NCBI GenBank assembly: GCA_043228905.1
Contig: JBHGNT010000015.1
Span: 19,406,001-19,470,000 of the forward strand
Direction of reading: 5' to 3'
DNA: 64,000 nucleotides
From: Azolla caroliniana
Lineage: Eukaryota; Plantae; Polypodiophyta
The notes beneath the pieces were generated by a model. It did no database searches. It was not told the origin of the DNA and worked only from the letters and a program-made list of their open reading frames with translations. Below are positions 52,035-63,364 of the stretch, piece after piece. Both the position numbers and the translations under genes were made by a program. Position 1 is the first letter of the stretch, and each line of letters opens with the position of its first letter.

Positions 52035-53270
52035 TTGGCTGAGCAGAAGTCTAAGGTTTGGCACCATTGGAAGAAGGACTTCGAAGGAGCAGGATATATA
52101 TATGCCATGGCCCCTGCCCAGAAGAAGCCCCTGCCCCTTACCTCTTCATCTTCTTCTTCGTCTTCTTCCAGTTTCAATGGCGATGAAGACGATGGCGATG
52201 GCGATGGCCTGTATGTGAAGGTTTCGGAGTTGCCCGACCACACTCGCCAGGAGCTGCGCCGCCTCCTCCTCTCCACCTCCTCCTCCTCCTCCTCCTCTCC
52301 GCCGCCTCCTCCTCAAACCGAAGATCCAAACCGTGGAGCCGCCGCCGGAGCCGACGAAATCCTCCCCGTGTTCGAACCCAGGCCTTTGTCTGCCCAGCCC
52401 ACCATGGACGAAATCCAGATGTGCTTCGCTCAAGTGGACCTCATGATTCTTATGGAAGCCAACCGCCGCCGCCATAACCATAACCATAACCATAACCAGA
52501 ACCAGAACCAGAACCAGCGTGCGTCCATGACGCCGTCCAGGAGGCCTCGATCTACACCGCCCATCCCATCCTTCCAACGGCCCAGATCATCTCCGGCCGG
52601 ATCGCCGCCATCGCCATCGCCATCGCCGGCCCCCATCTCGGCTTTGCGCCGCCCCCAATCTTGTGCAGCCCTTCGGCCCAAGCCCAAGCCCAAGCCCAAG
52701 CCCAAGCCTGCTCCATCATGGCATCATCAGTGCTGTATGGCATCATCGGATGAATCCCAAGAAGAAGAAGAAGAAGAAGAAGATTGTGGGTTCGGATCGA
52801 GGAAAGAGGAGTATCCGATCCGCGCAGATATCTTGGGTAGAGGAGCTCCAAGAGATGGAGATGGAGATGGAAGGGTTCGGCCCGCCAAGATGCAGCAGCT
52901 GCTTGCGGAGATGGCGGCGACCGAGCACAGCATAGCGGCCGCGAAGGCAGAAGTCGAGGCTCTAGCGAGGGAAGAAGCCATAGCCCGACAACTCGAGGAA
53001 GAGGAGGCAGGCGGGCCGAGGGGGAGCCGGGGGCCGCCTCCTCCTCCTCCTCGGAGTAAAGGCGGCAATGCGCGGGCCAATGCCATCGATCCTCTAATGA
53101 AGAAGAAGATGATGAAGAAGAATGAGAGGACCATTCAAATGCCGGTGTGGACGCCTTCCGGCTCCCGAGGCAAAGCCCCCCATGGCCACCGCCATTACGC
53201 CAACCATTGCACTTTCCGGAGCGAGGAAGAGTTCGACATCTTCCGATCGCCCCCAGGAAAGAAGAAGTAG
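52035..53270 (+). CDS. Uncharacterised low-complexity protein with a short coiled coil; start uncertain
   Basis: 411-codon GC-rich ORF in an AT-rich background. All microsatellite runs are triplet or hexamer (poly-S, HN/QN, PK, poly-E, DG) and keep the frame. Heptad segment MQQLLAEMAATEHSIAAAKAEVEALAREEAIARQLEE. Confidence 0.65.
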   Translation: MAEQKSKVWHHWKKDFEGAGYIYAMAPAQKKPLPLTSSSSSSSSSSFNGDEDDGDGDGLYVKVSELPDHTRQELRRLLLSTSSSSSSSPPPPPQTEDPNRGAAAGADEILPVFEPRPLSAQPTMDEIQMCFAQVDLMILMEANRRRHNHNHNHNQNQNQNQRASMTPSRRPRSTPPIPSFQRPRSSPAGSPPSPSPSPAPISALRRPQSCAALRPKPKPKPKPKPAPSWHHQCCMASSDESQEEEEEEEDCGFGSRKEEYPIRADILGRGAPRDGDGDGRVRPAKMQQLLAEMAATEHSIAAAKAEVEALAREEAIARQLEEEEAGGPRGSRGPPPPPPRSKGGNARANAIDPLMKKKMMKKNERTIQMPVWTPSGSRGKAPHGHRHYANHCTFRSEEEFDIFRSPPGKKK

Positions 53271-54319
53271 CCCCCAAGAAAGGTCCTTATTACATATATG
53301 TATATCCTTTTACATGTCTCTAGGGAATTCATAGGATCCGATCGCTTTCCGAATGTTTGTGGTTAGATCAGGGCCGCAGGGTGGGAATTGAGTATTTTAA
53401 ATTACCTAGTAGCATTCTCTTGATATAAAATGTATACCTATTATGTATTGTCCTCGATGATAATGGCCACCAAGGGCTTCGAGATGATCGCAAACAATCA
53501 CACCCCATGCATCGGAAACATAAGTGCTCTTGGTGTACGAGAAACTGAGCCTTTCTTGGAATCTTGTTTTTTTAGATTTTTTCGAAGAGTTTTTGTAGTT
53601 TTAGCATAGAGATTCATTTCGATTTTCCGAAAACATACTAGGAATGCCATATGTACACATCGAGCTTCTTCTTCCTCTTCTTTTTCGTGGTTTTTGTAAA
53701 GCTTTATGTTGTAGAGAAACTACATAATGCTTGAAAATAACTTTGTCGCGAAATGCGTAGTCTAAAAAGGAAGTATTCATGCCTATGTAAAACTGGTTTT
53801 TAAGAAGGATCTCTCTAGCAAGAGGCATACAATGTCTAAAATTCTTGTGGATACAAAATACGTTAATATTGAGTGGAATGCTGCCCATGACACTTTTTAA
53901 AAAGTAGGTTGAAAGTTTAAGAGTTCGTAATTTGAATTCACATCTTTGAGTATCATGTGTGTCATTTAGTTTACTCATAATGTGCATGGACATGGTTGGA
54001 AGATAGCAATTTTCTCACATATTTCTGATACACGTTGCATATGGAAACCATGTCTCATGCAAATAGTCTATTGGTATGTAGATCCATGCAGATCCCAAAT
54101 GGTCAACGAAGGGTCTCTTGCATCAACATATGTTGGCTATTCTAGATTTTCAACGAGCATGTGAGTTATGTCCTTTTTATCAATTTCTCAGAACAAGAAT
54201 TCATAACATGTGGGTTCTAGCTAATATAAATATATGTATATATTGTCCCCTTACTCATGCATGTGTGTGGACTCTTATGGTTGGAATGGCAAATGGTATC
54301 CATCTGATGATGGAATCAC

Positions 54320-54915
54320 ACAACTCAAACTCAAAACATGGTTCATGGATCGATCAAACGAGATACAATTCCAACAATCAAACTCAAGTATGGGATTATG
54401 GATCGAACGAGCTAATTGTCCGACTCAAAACTCAAACTCAAGGCATGGGGGTATGGATCAAACGAGATAATATTTAGACACTCAAACTCAAAGCATGGGG
54501 GTTATGGATCAAACAAGATAATATTCAGACACTCAAACTCAAAGGATGGGATTATGGATCGAATGAGATGTAAATCCGACAATCAAACTCAAGCATGAGT
54601 GATGGATCAAACTAGATAATTGTCTGACTCAAAATTCAAAACTCAAACTCGAACATGGGGTATAGATTGAACGAGACAATTCCTACTCGGACTCGAACAT
54701 GGGTCATAATGGATTGAACGAGATACTCTTGCCAATCAAATTCATAGCATGGGTTATGGAATGATCGAACAAAATATAATTTTGACAATCAAACTTCTGA
54801 GTATGGTTCATGGGATCGAACGAAATAATCATCCGACCCTCGAAACTCAAACATGGGTCATGGATCGAATGAAATAATATCGAGACTCAAACTCAAAACA
54901 TGGGTTATGGATCCA
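54320..54915. repeat. Degenerate minisatellite, ~10 x ~55-60 bp
   Basis: Unit CAAACTCAAACATGGGTTATGGATCGAACGAGATAATAxTCCGA. Confidence 0.9.
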
Positions 54916-55318
54916 TGCATATAGTACGTAATATACTCGAATGCATTGGAAAACATTCGTTTTCATACGAATACAAACGCACGCGTATGTTACCAAGACA
55001 TTCTTATGTTTTTTTTACAATTTTTACCTTAAATTTCTCACCTTAAAAAAAACATTTACCTTATAATATATACATATAATGAATACAAAAGTATGGTATT
55101 TACCATACTTCGAGGGTGTTTACCATTCGAGAATGCTTAAAAGCATTCGAGAATTCGAATGCACGTATGGTTCATACTATGGATCCATGGCTTCTCTGAT
55201 TAGCAGCCCAAGCTTTTTAGCTTCTCACTTCATTGCATACCCTAGACAGACAGACAGACAAGACAAGACAGACAAGAGAGGTGGAGCTGGAAGGCATGGA
55301 AGAGAGAAATAGACTGTA

Positions 55319-58300
55319 ATGCCTTCCTTTCATCGCTTATCTGCAGTGATTCGTGCAACTCAGAGGCCCCATCGTTGGGTTTCCATTGCTCTGAATTATC
55401 CTAACCTCGTCGATCTTCATTCCGCCTCAGGTACGCACGCACACACGCACACACAATTCTTTTGAATCGCCACGGGAGACTGATTCCCATCTACGAGATG
55501 GAGATGGAGATGGAGATGGGGCCGATCATGTGTTCTTGTCTCAATTTTATAACGTTCACGCTATGGCGTAAACCCCCGCAGACACAGACAGAGTCGGGCT
55601 ATTAGTTTGACACCCCAACGTAGCATCCAATTCAGGAGAAGTTATGGTATGGTGTAACAAAAGCTGTGTGCAAGTAAGGATTCAAGCCCATGAACTCGTG
55701 TTCATAGCCTAATATGATAGAAAAGAAAGTAACAGAGAACGAAACAAATTAAGATATAAACCCTAAACCCTAAACCTAAAATTGCCTATAATACCACCTG
55801 CCTACCCTCTTAAGTGGGAACCAGCACTTGGTGAATGAAAAGTAGAAAATGGGAAGGAGTCTATGCACTTGTGACGCTCTGAGAGCAAACTTCAAAGGGG
55901 TAATTTCTGAGCAGGGGTGTGTTCCTATTTGGCCTTCCACCCATCAAGTTAGAGAGCCATGTGATGGGATGTGTGAGCCCAGAAGGTTGTAGCTCAGTTG
56001 GTAACTTTATCTGGCTGGGACTGAAACATCATGGCTTCAACCCCTACAATCCTTAGTGGCATCTAGTAGAGTAGTGCACATTGTGAGATTTGAATCCCAG
56101 TGGATGGGTTAGTAAGAACTTGGCTTATCACTAGGGGATAGCCTTATAAAATAAGAAAAAATTTATTATCAAACATGTTCTACGTGATCCAAGACAAAGA
56201 CGTGCAGTGATAGGTCATCGTGAAATCAAGTTTTGAATGTGATATTCAGGAAAGGGAAAGAGAGAAGGATAGAGATCAGAAGTTGTGGTAATGTTTAATT
56301 GTTCAAATCGCAATGTGCTATCTACCTTAAGCAAAGTGTAACAATGGTTAGTAAGGGGAGAGAGAGCAAAGGAGAAATTAGAAAAGATTGAAATTATTCC
56401 ATGGAATGACAATCTGAGAGGAGGAGAAAATTAATTCATTACATTGTAGAAGAGAGTAAAAATGTAGAAGTTAGGAAGCGAGTGAATTCTGTTACATGGA
56501 TATTATCTCTCTTTTACATGGCCTAATGGCCTATGAAAGAAGAATTGTGGGAAATTTTGAAGTCACTATCCTTGATGTAAGTGGTTTAAAAAAAACTGAA
56601 GAAAAGTGTGGGTGTGCCTTAACTCATTAAAAGAAAGAGACCTATTACCATACACGGAGATCAAATACAGATAAAAGTTTGATAAAAACAAACGTATGGG
56701 TTTTGGTGGAGTTGTAAGAGTTTTCTGATGGCTGAACACCATATGTGAAATGGTGCAATAATTATGAGGGAAGAAAGAAAGTAAAGCAAATATCCACAAG
56801 AAAAAACCATCATTTTGAGTGATATCTCTCCTGTGAAATTTTTTTCCAGGTTCACTCCAAAGACATCAGATATGGAAAAATCCTTCTGGTGGTGATACGC
56901 AATTTCATACGAACTCAATGGTCCTAACACCGAACAAAGAGAATCATTTCAACTGGTCTATGAGCGACACCCGGCGACTTCTCCATGCTCTATATCAGGT
57001 TGGAGACCTTGACAGAAGCATCAAGTATGTATAATTTGATTGATTTAATCCCAGTGGCAGTGGTTACAATGTAAACATGATTATGTTCTGTGTATGCACA
57101 GGTTTTACACAGAATGCTTGGGCATGAAACTTTTGAGGAAAAGGGATATCCCAGAAGAAAGATATACCAATGCATTTCTTGGATATGGACCTGAAGATTC
57201 TCATTTTGTTGTTGTATTAGCACATCGTAGGTTATTCAATTTCATTTAGGGCTGCTTAATCCTATCAGTATAGATGAAAACGAATTGTTAAAAGATGATG
57301 GATGATTTTATCAATAATGTGCATCTGATCCTTCTCATAACTGTCGACTTGTGGGCCTGAAAATGTTTTATTTTTCACAGACCATGGTGTTGATAAGTAT
57401 GACCTGGGATCTGGCTTCGGACATTTTGGCGTTTCTGTTGAAGATGTATGCAGAGAAAGTGCTTATTCAATATCATCATTTTGGCATTTCTGTTTCTTTA
57501 CTCAAGTGAATATTGGACTTATCACATAGTTTGATTCTTCTTATATTCTAGGTATGTAAGACAATGGAGCTTATAAAACTGAAGGGAGGAACTGTTTTAA
57601 GTGAAGCAGACCCTGTGAAAGAAGAAAACGAAGTAATTGGCTTTGTTAAAGATCCAGACGGTTACACATTTAAGCTCATACAGAGAGCCCTTACTCCAGA
57701 GCCCCTTTGTCAACTCATGCTGAGGGTGGGAGATTTGAGTCAGTCAATAAGGTTCTATGAAAAGGTTATGTGTCACAATGTTCATATTTTTCAAACGTAC
57801 AAAGAGATTAATACATAGATAAGGTATGTTATTAATGTCCGTGGGAGACCAATATGATCTATTGGATGGGGCTCAGCCCATAGCGAGTGTCAATCTTAGG
57901 TTGTCTAAATTTTATGACTCCGATGGTACTGTTTAGGGTTTAGGGAAGGGGCCAAATTTTTGGATGATTTTTGTTTTCTCTAAAATGGACACGTGCTGTT
58001 TGTCATATGCAGGCTTTTGGTATGCATCTTCTACAGACTTGTAATTACATTGAACAAAAGGTAAAGGGATTCACTTGTCTATCATGCAATGAATTTAAAT
58101 TCTTGATAGGATTATGATTTGAAAACACGTGCTTTATGTGGCATTTCATTCTGCATCCTTAATTGCTTTTTGGAGAATATTGTGATTAACCTATTGCTTG
58201 AAAATTTAGCCATTTTGCAAACATATTTGTATTTGTGTTATCTTTTTTTACTAATGCCTTTCATCTTTTCCAGTTCTATAATTGTTTAGTGGACTATGAG

Positions 58301-59278
58301 CTTTTCATCAAACAATGAGATTTGGTGTTTCCTCTTTATAACTGAAAATCACTATAGCTTGTAATATTCTGGATGTGCTTTCAAAAGGAACCATAAAAGC
58401 AGTTTTCTTGATTCTAGTCATCACATTTTTGAGAATTTTACTACAGTATACTGTTGCAAAGGTTGGACATGACTTGGAGGTGAAGACTTCAATTTTGGAG
58501 CTAATATATTCAATCTTACTGCAGTATACTGTTGCAAGGGTTGGATATGACTTGGAGGAGAAGAGTACAGTTTTGGAGCTAACATTCAATCATGGTACAT
58601 CTGGCTACAAGAAGGGTAATGCCTATGTTCAGGTAGCTCACTTCATGTTCAACTTAGCCAGCTATCTACATATAGTTATGTACTCTGTTTGGATGAATAT
58701 AACTGCAAAGTTTTTTTTGAGATGGCAGATTGCTATTGGTACTAACGATGTCTATAAGACTGCCGATAGTATTAGGAAGGCAGGTGGTAAAATCATCAAA
58801 GAACCTGGTCTCTACCCAGGAACCAACACAAAAGTCATGGCTTGCCTCGATCCAGATGGTTGGAAAACGGTTAGTTGTTTATGACATTTTGAATGGGTTT
58901 TCAGTTTTTTGCAATTATGATTCATATAGAACCTGCCAACTATGTATCTTGTTTATGGTCTTGAAATGCGACATATAGTCATTTAATTGTTAAAACGATA
59001 TATTTCATTGTTTGATCATTATAAAATCATTCTTGAGGCTGAAATATCTCTTCTTACATTCTTAATACATTTTTTACGCTATGACCTAAAAATGCTTCTG
59101 CTACAAACATACGAAAATGTAATAGATGTGCAATTCTACTTTATATCTGGTTCCTGATATAATGCATCAATGCCTGATTAGGTTGGTATTTGCGAAATAT
59201 ATAATACAGTTTATTTTTTCTATTTCTCTTTTTCAGGTGTTTGTTGATAATGCAGATTTTCTAAGAGAGCTAGATTAA
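55319..59278 (+). CDS. Two-domain glyoxalase I (lactoylglutathione lyase)-like protein with an N-terminal targeting peptide, 9 exons; active-site residues substituted
   Basis: Exons ~55319-55430, 56850-57024, 57103-57226, 57380-57445, 57552-57764, 58013-58060, 58525 (or 58447)-58632, 58729-58869 and 59237-59278. Motifs [84 protein letters not shown] and DPDGWKTVFVDN. Confidence 0.93.
55985..56160 (+). mobile_element. tRNA-derived SINE in glyoxalase intron 1
   Basis: A-box TAGCTCAGTTGG, B-box-like GGCTTCAACCCC, a second B-box-like GATTTGAATCCC, and an A-rich tail. Confidence 0.55.
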
Positions 59279-59561
59279 ACATTATTTTTGATGGCTGGTG
59301 TTCGAAAGAGAGATTGTAGATGTAGATGACCATGGGGTTGGTAATCCGTATTTTTTGTGTATGTAAATCCTCATTTGTTTTAAGTCCATTATATCTAGAT
59401 CAGAAGAAACTTTATATATTTGTATCGGAAAGTTATCTATATAAAATCAAGGTGAACATGTTATGAAATGACAGGGAACTTATAGCTGACGCAACTATAA
59501 AGCTTCATCAAGAGAATGTTGTATATGTAAATCAATCTTCTATATGTAAATCAATCATAAG

Positions 59562-59755
59562 ATAGATATTTGTGGAGCTGTGGATCACGGTATGGCACAT
59601 TCATGTTTGTCGCTCATTAATGTATCACTAATGACTCATGAAATTCTGTGTGAAAAAGAGGTAGATATTTGTGGAGCTGTGGATCATGGTATGGCATATT
59701 CATGTTTGTCTCTCATTAATGTATCACCAATGAGTCATGAAATTCTGTGTGAAAA
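59562..59755. repeat. Tandem duplication, 2 x ~95-100 bp, downstream of the glyoxalase gene
   Basis: TAGATATTTGTGGAGCTGTGGATCAYGGTATGGCA...CATGAAATTCTGTGTGAAAA occurs twice. Confidence 0.95.
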
Positions 59756-60817
59756 CCCCCTTCCCTGAATTATGCGGTAAAACCACATGCTGTTTTTCAG
59801 CTAACATTTAGAGGTGTTAGAAAGGGGGTTGATTGTATGTGAGCCTATCGAAATAGAAGCGGGGATTTTGATTGTTTTTAGTGCATTACCTGAGTGGTGA
59901 TGGGAATCATTACCTCATAGAATCATGGGCCGTGGGGGATTCACTGCACAATTCTGTGATGCTATCACGTGAATGTCCAATATGGGTATTTTTTATATAG
60001 TTCATAAGCGTATACAAAGCGGTAGACCATATGGTCCACTCGCTATGGACATCTCTCTTATTGAATATGTTTGTATATACTCGTGAAATCTCATACAATT
60101 TTATTACGTTTGCCTTCAAGATGCTATTCTTTTTTATGCATATCCTTCCTTGGATCTTCACCCAAACTTGTATTGCCCAATCATTGAAGTTTATGATTTT
60201 GTGTTGCATCCACAAAGGCACTTGAAGTAAATCGTCACTATGATGGGGTTTTCATTGGGTATGAGGTATATGTACTATGGACACTCCTATATGGTCTATG
60301 CATAGATAAAAATAGGGTTGGCGAAGAGGAACAACCTTTGTCATACCAATGTGATTAAATGGAGTTGTGAAACCAATGTTTGCTTTTCAATGTGTATATA
60401 ACTCGTTTCTAGGTAAGGCATGGCAACACATTTTGGTATTCCTTTGGTATGCAAAGGTCGGTCATTGCTTTTGGGTGTGTTTTGTGTAAAACATTTTTGA
60501 AATCCACAAAGCAACAATCAAAGAGTATCTCCTTTGAGTCAAATTTCCTCTATGATTATGTGGAGGATTGAATGATGATATGATATGAAATTGGCATGTG
60601 AATTATTTTGGTTATGTTCAGCTTGTTTGTGCTAGTGTTGTTGTAGACAAGAAGTGTTCACATATATAGGTTATGGATGCTTGTCTAATAATCATATGGT
60701 GAGTGAATTACAAAATACGAAACCCATCAATATTATCCGCATATGCATAGTTAATAAGTCATGGATTATATTGTGTACTTGATGAATTTTAGATCATTAA
60801 AGTGCGAACACATAGTG

Positions 60818-60856
<39 letters not shown>

Positions 60857-62422
60857 ATTGTCACTTATTGTGTTGCCACCTAATTATTACTAAAAAGACC
60901 ATATTCATGCAAATAGGTCATTTAGTGTGGTGCCACTTAATTAATGCTGAATTAAACCATATTCATGCAAACAATTTAATAGAAAGTAAAGTAAAACTTT
61001 AAAAACAAAAAAAATATTCATGTATACCATGAATCAAAACATTTGGTTTAAGATATCAGATTTGGAAAAGCCTGACCAAAACATACATAATCTTCTAGTT
61101 CTTTAAAATTATTTTCCCTCAGTTAGATTCTATTTGAATCAACAATTCTGTCTATGATTGAACCCAAATTTTGTATACTTAATTTACATGAACATGTCTA
61201 ATTATTCCCAAATGACCCATCATGAAGCATATTTCATCATTGTGACAATTTCTTTTACGGTATATAGTTATATATATAGAAGCATTTGAACATTTAAGAT
61301 TTGGAGATTATTATTATGGACAATTGATAGTTCTAATGATCAAATTTATCTTCATCGGTGAAATTAGTAATATGTTCTCAAAATGAAGTCATGAAGATTG
61401 TACCTAAGTGGGTGGCTACAAGTTTATAAACATCAAATTTATATGGTTAGGTGTAAATTCAATACGAATGAGCAGTAATAAACAAGACATCCATTCTATA
61501 CTTGGTGAATAGAAATGTGCATATTTGTGTTTTGTGTAGTAAATAATTTATACAAATAAAGTGCACACCATGAAGTATTCTTCAATACTAAACTAGCACG
61601 CAAAATATATGATTGATAGTAAATGGGTTATCTCTTTAAAAAGAAATAGTGTGCATAAGCCTACTAGTAAGTGTTATACTCATGCATATCTCCACACTTC
61701 ATAGAAATAAATTGGCGTTATATATAACATTTTTAATAGACATAAACAATTAACGAGGAAGAGCATCAAACTCGAGGTGATGATCGATAATAACTTAACA
61801 AAAGCAAAGAAATGAGGAAAGGGTTCCCAGTTAAAAAAAAATTTCCTGCCAAGATTGCACTTAGTTATGTAATTTGAAAAAAAGAAAAATTAGGGCATAT
61901 ATAAATGGAGATATGAATCATCTTGGTTTATAGAGAATGTCAGTGCAATGACATCACCAAGTTCCCTTAACTCCACGCCGTCATTCCTTGACTCAGTTTT
62001 GAGTTTCATTACTTTAAGTGAAAATATCAAGATTACCCCCATGTATTAGTGATCGTCGTCCTTTACTCTTTCCCCTTGGTATCGCCTTATGCACATCGCA
62101 AAAAGAGTGGATAGAACCCATACATGTCAAATTGTATTTTAATAACGACAACTTCATTCTTCCACAAAGCCAACCAATTTATATACTTATTATTGAATCC
62201 TTTTGTCTTCCTATATATGTTGTAAAAAAATAGGAAATACTCCATTTTGCATTACACTCAGAACTACGCATGACTGCCTTAGTATTAGAAAGTGTGTTGG
62301 AGAAAAGGACGGGTACATAGGTTGGTAGAATATATGGCTAAGAACGAAGGGAGCAAGTGAAAAATCTGTAGTTATCAAGAGAATCTTTAGTATAGGAAGT
62401 ATATATCAAGGTTTGGTTTAGT

Positions 62423-63364
62423 ATGGATATGATGATCGTGTTTTCGTCTATGGTGTTTTGGGCTAGGCTAACAGTGGTACAACTGGTACTACTTGTTGTA
62501 TGGGGAGAACATGGGGTATTGGGATCACCTCTAGTTTCGTCAATGTTTGTCAATAATACTGATTTTTGTAGTCGAATACTATTGGCACGAAGCGTGGGAA
62601 CTTGCCCTAGGCCACCCACAATGGACAACCTGAATGTGGACATGATATTGGGCTCATACTATGAGCTTGGTTCAACTGTCGGTTACAAGCTACGTAATGA
62701 TCAACTAGCTACCGCATGTGGTCACACTAACTTCTCTATCAAGGAGCCTCCATATAATGACAATGAAAATGTTTTTTTCATTGATATTCAATCTTCTAGT
62801 GTTCCCATTCTCCGAGGTCCCCTACATGCCTTGCGCCATGCCTTGCATAGAGTTGCATTCTCGAGTTCGGGTGCTTGCTCTCATGTTGCACACATATGCA
62901 CCATCACAACTAATCTCTCTGACATCTCTGATCGTATTGCCAATGTAGTTTTGTCAAGTGGCTACAATGACATTGATCCAATGACATCATCAAGTTTACA
63001 AAATGCATCAATGACAATAAAGGCATCTGTGGCAAATGTGCATAGACAGCTTGATCGCATTGCTAATGCCATTGGCTCTCTAGTGGCCGGTATTTGGATT
63101 GCCCTCACCCAAGTTAATGATGAATCCAACAATGATGCCACCACGACTACTCAATCATTATTGATCCCAGCTACGCGACTCCATATTGACATTGCTGTTG
63201 GAGAGGTTCGCAAGCTTGAAAGTTTTGTAGACAATCTTGCTGATGTTGTTAGGCTCTTAGATGGGCTAAATACACCCGATGGTTTTCCATTATATCATGC
63301 TCTCCATCAAGCTTCACTTATCATCAACAATCGTGTCAATGAAGCCATCTCCCAGGTGTGGTAA
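62423..63364 (+). CDS. Putative secreted lipocalin-like protein (probably the first exon; gene may continue beyond the window)
   Basis: Hydrophobic signal-peptide-like N-terminus. CPRPPTMDNLNVDMILGSYYELGST...ACGHTNFS resembles lipocalin SCR1 of the ApoD/Blc type. Followed by ~170 aa of helical-looking sequence; a possible donor lies near 63356-63361. Confidence 0.65.
   Translation: MDMMIVFSSMVFWARLTVVQLVLLVVWGEHGVLGSPLVSSMFVNNTDFCSRILLARSVGTCPRPPTMDNLNVDMILGSYYELGSTVGYKLRNDQLATACGHTNFSIKEPPYNDNENVFFIDIQSSSVPILRGPLHALRHALHRVAFSSSGACSHVAHICTITTNLSDISDRIANVVLSSGYNDIDPMTSSSLQNASMTIKASVANVHRQLDRIANAIGSLVAGIWIALTQVNDESNNDATTTTQSLLIPATRLHIDIAVGEVRKLESFVDNLADVVRLLDGLNTPDGFPLYHALHQASLIINNRVNEAISQVW

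Noticed and set aside
52025-53277. Several minus-strand ORFs over the GC island
   Set aside because: Explained by high GC content and triplet repeats; the + strand 411-aa frame is the longest and most protein-like.
54320-54915. CRISPR-like regularly spaced repeats (also 27245-27830, 51245-51520 and 6068-6250)
   Set aside because: Whole units are homologous and degenerate, with no unique spacers and no cas genes, in a eukaryotic context; these are minisatellites.
59754-59830. MITE-like inverted ends AACCCCCTT...AAGGGGGTT
   Set aside because: Only 9-bp low-complexity arms, with no clear TSD or second copy.
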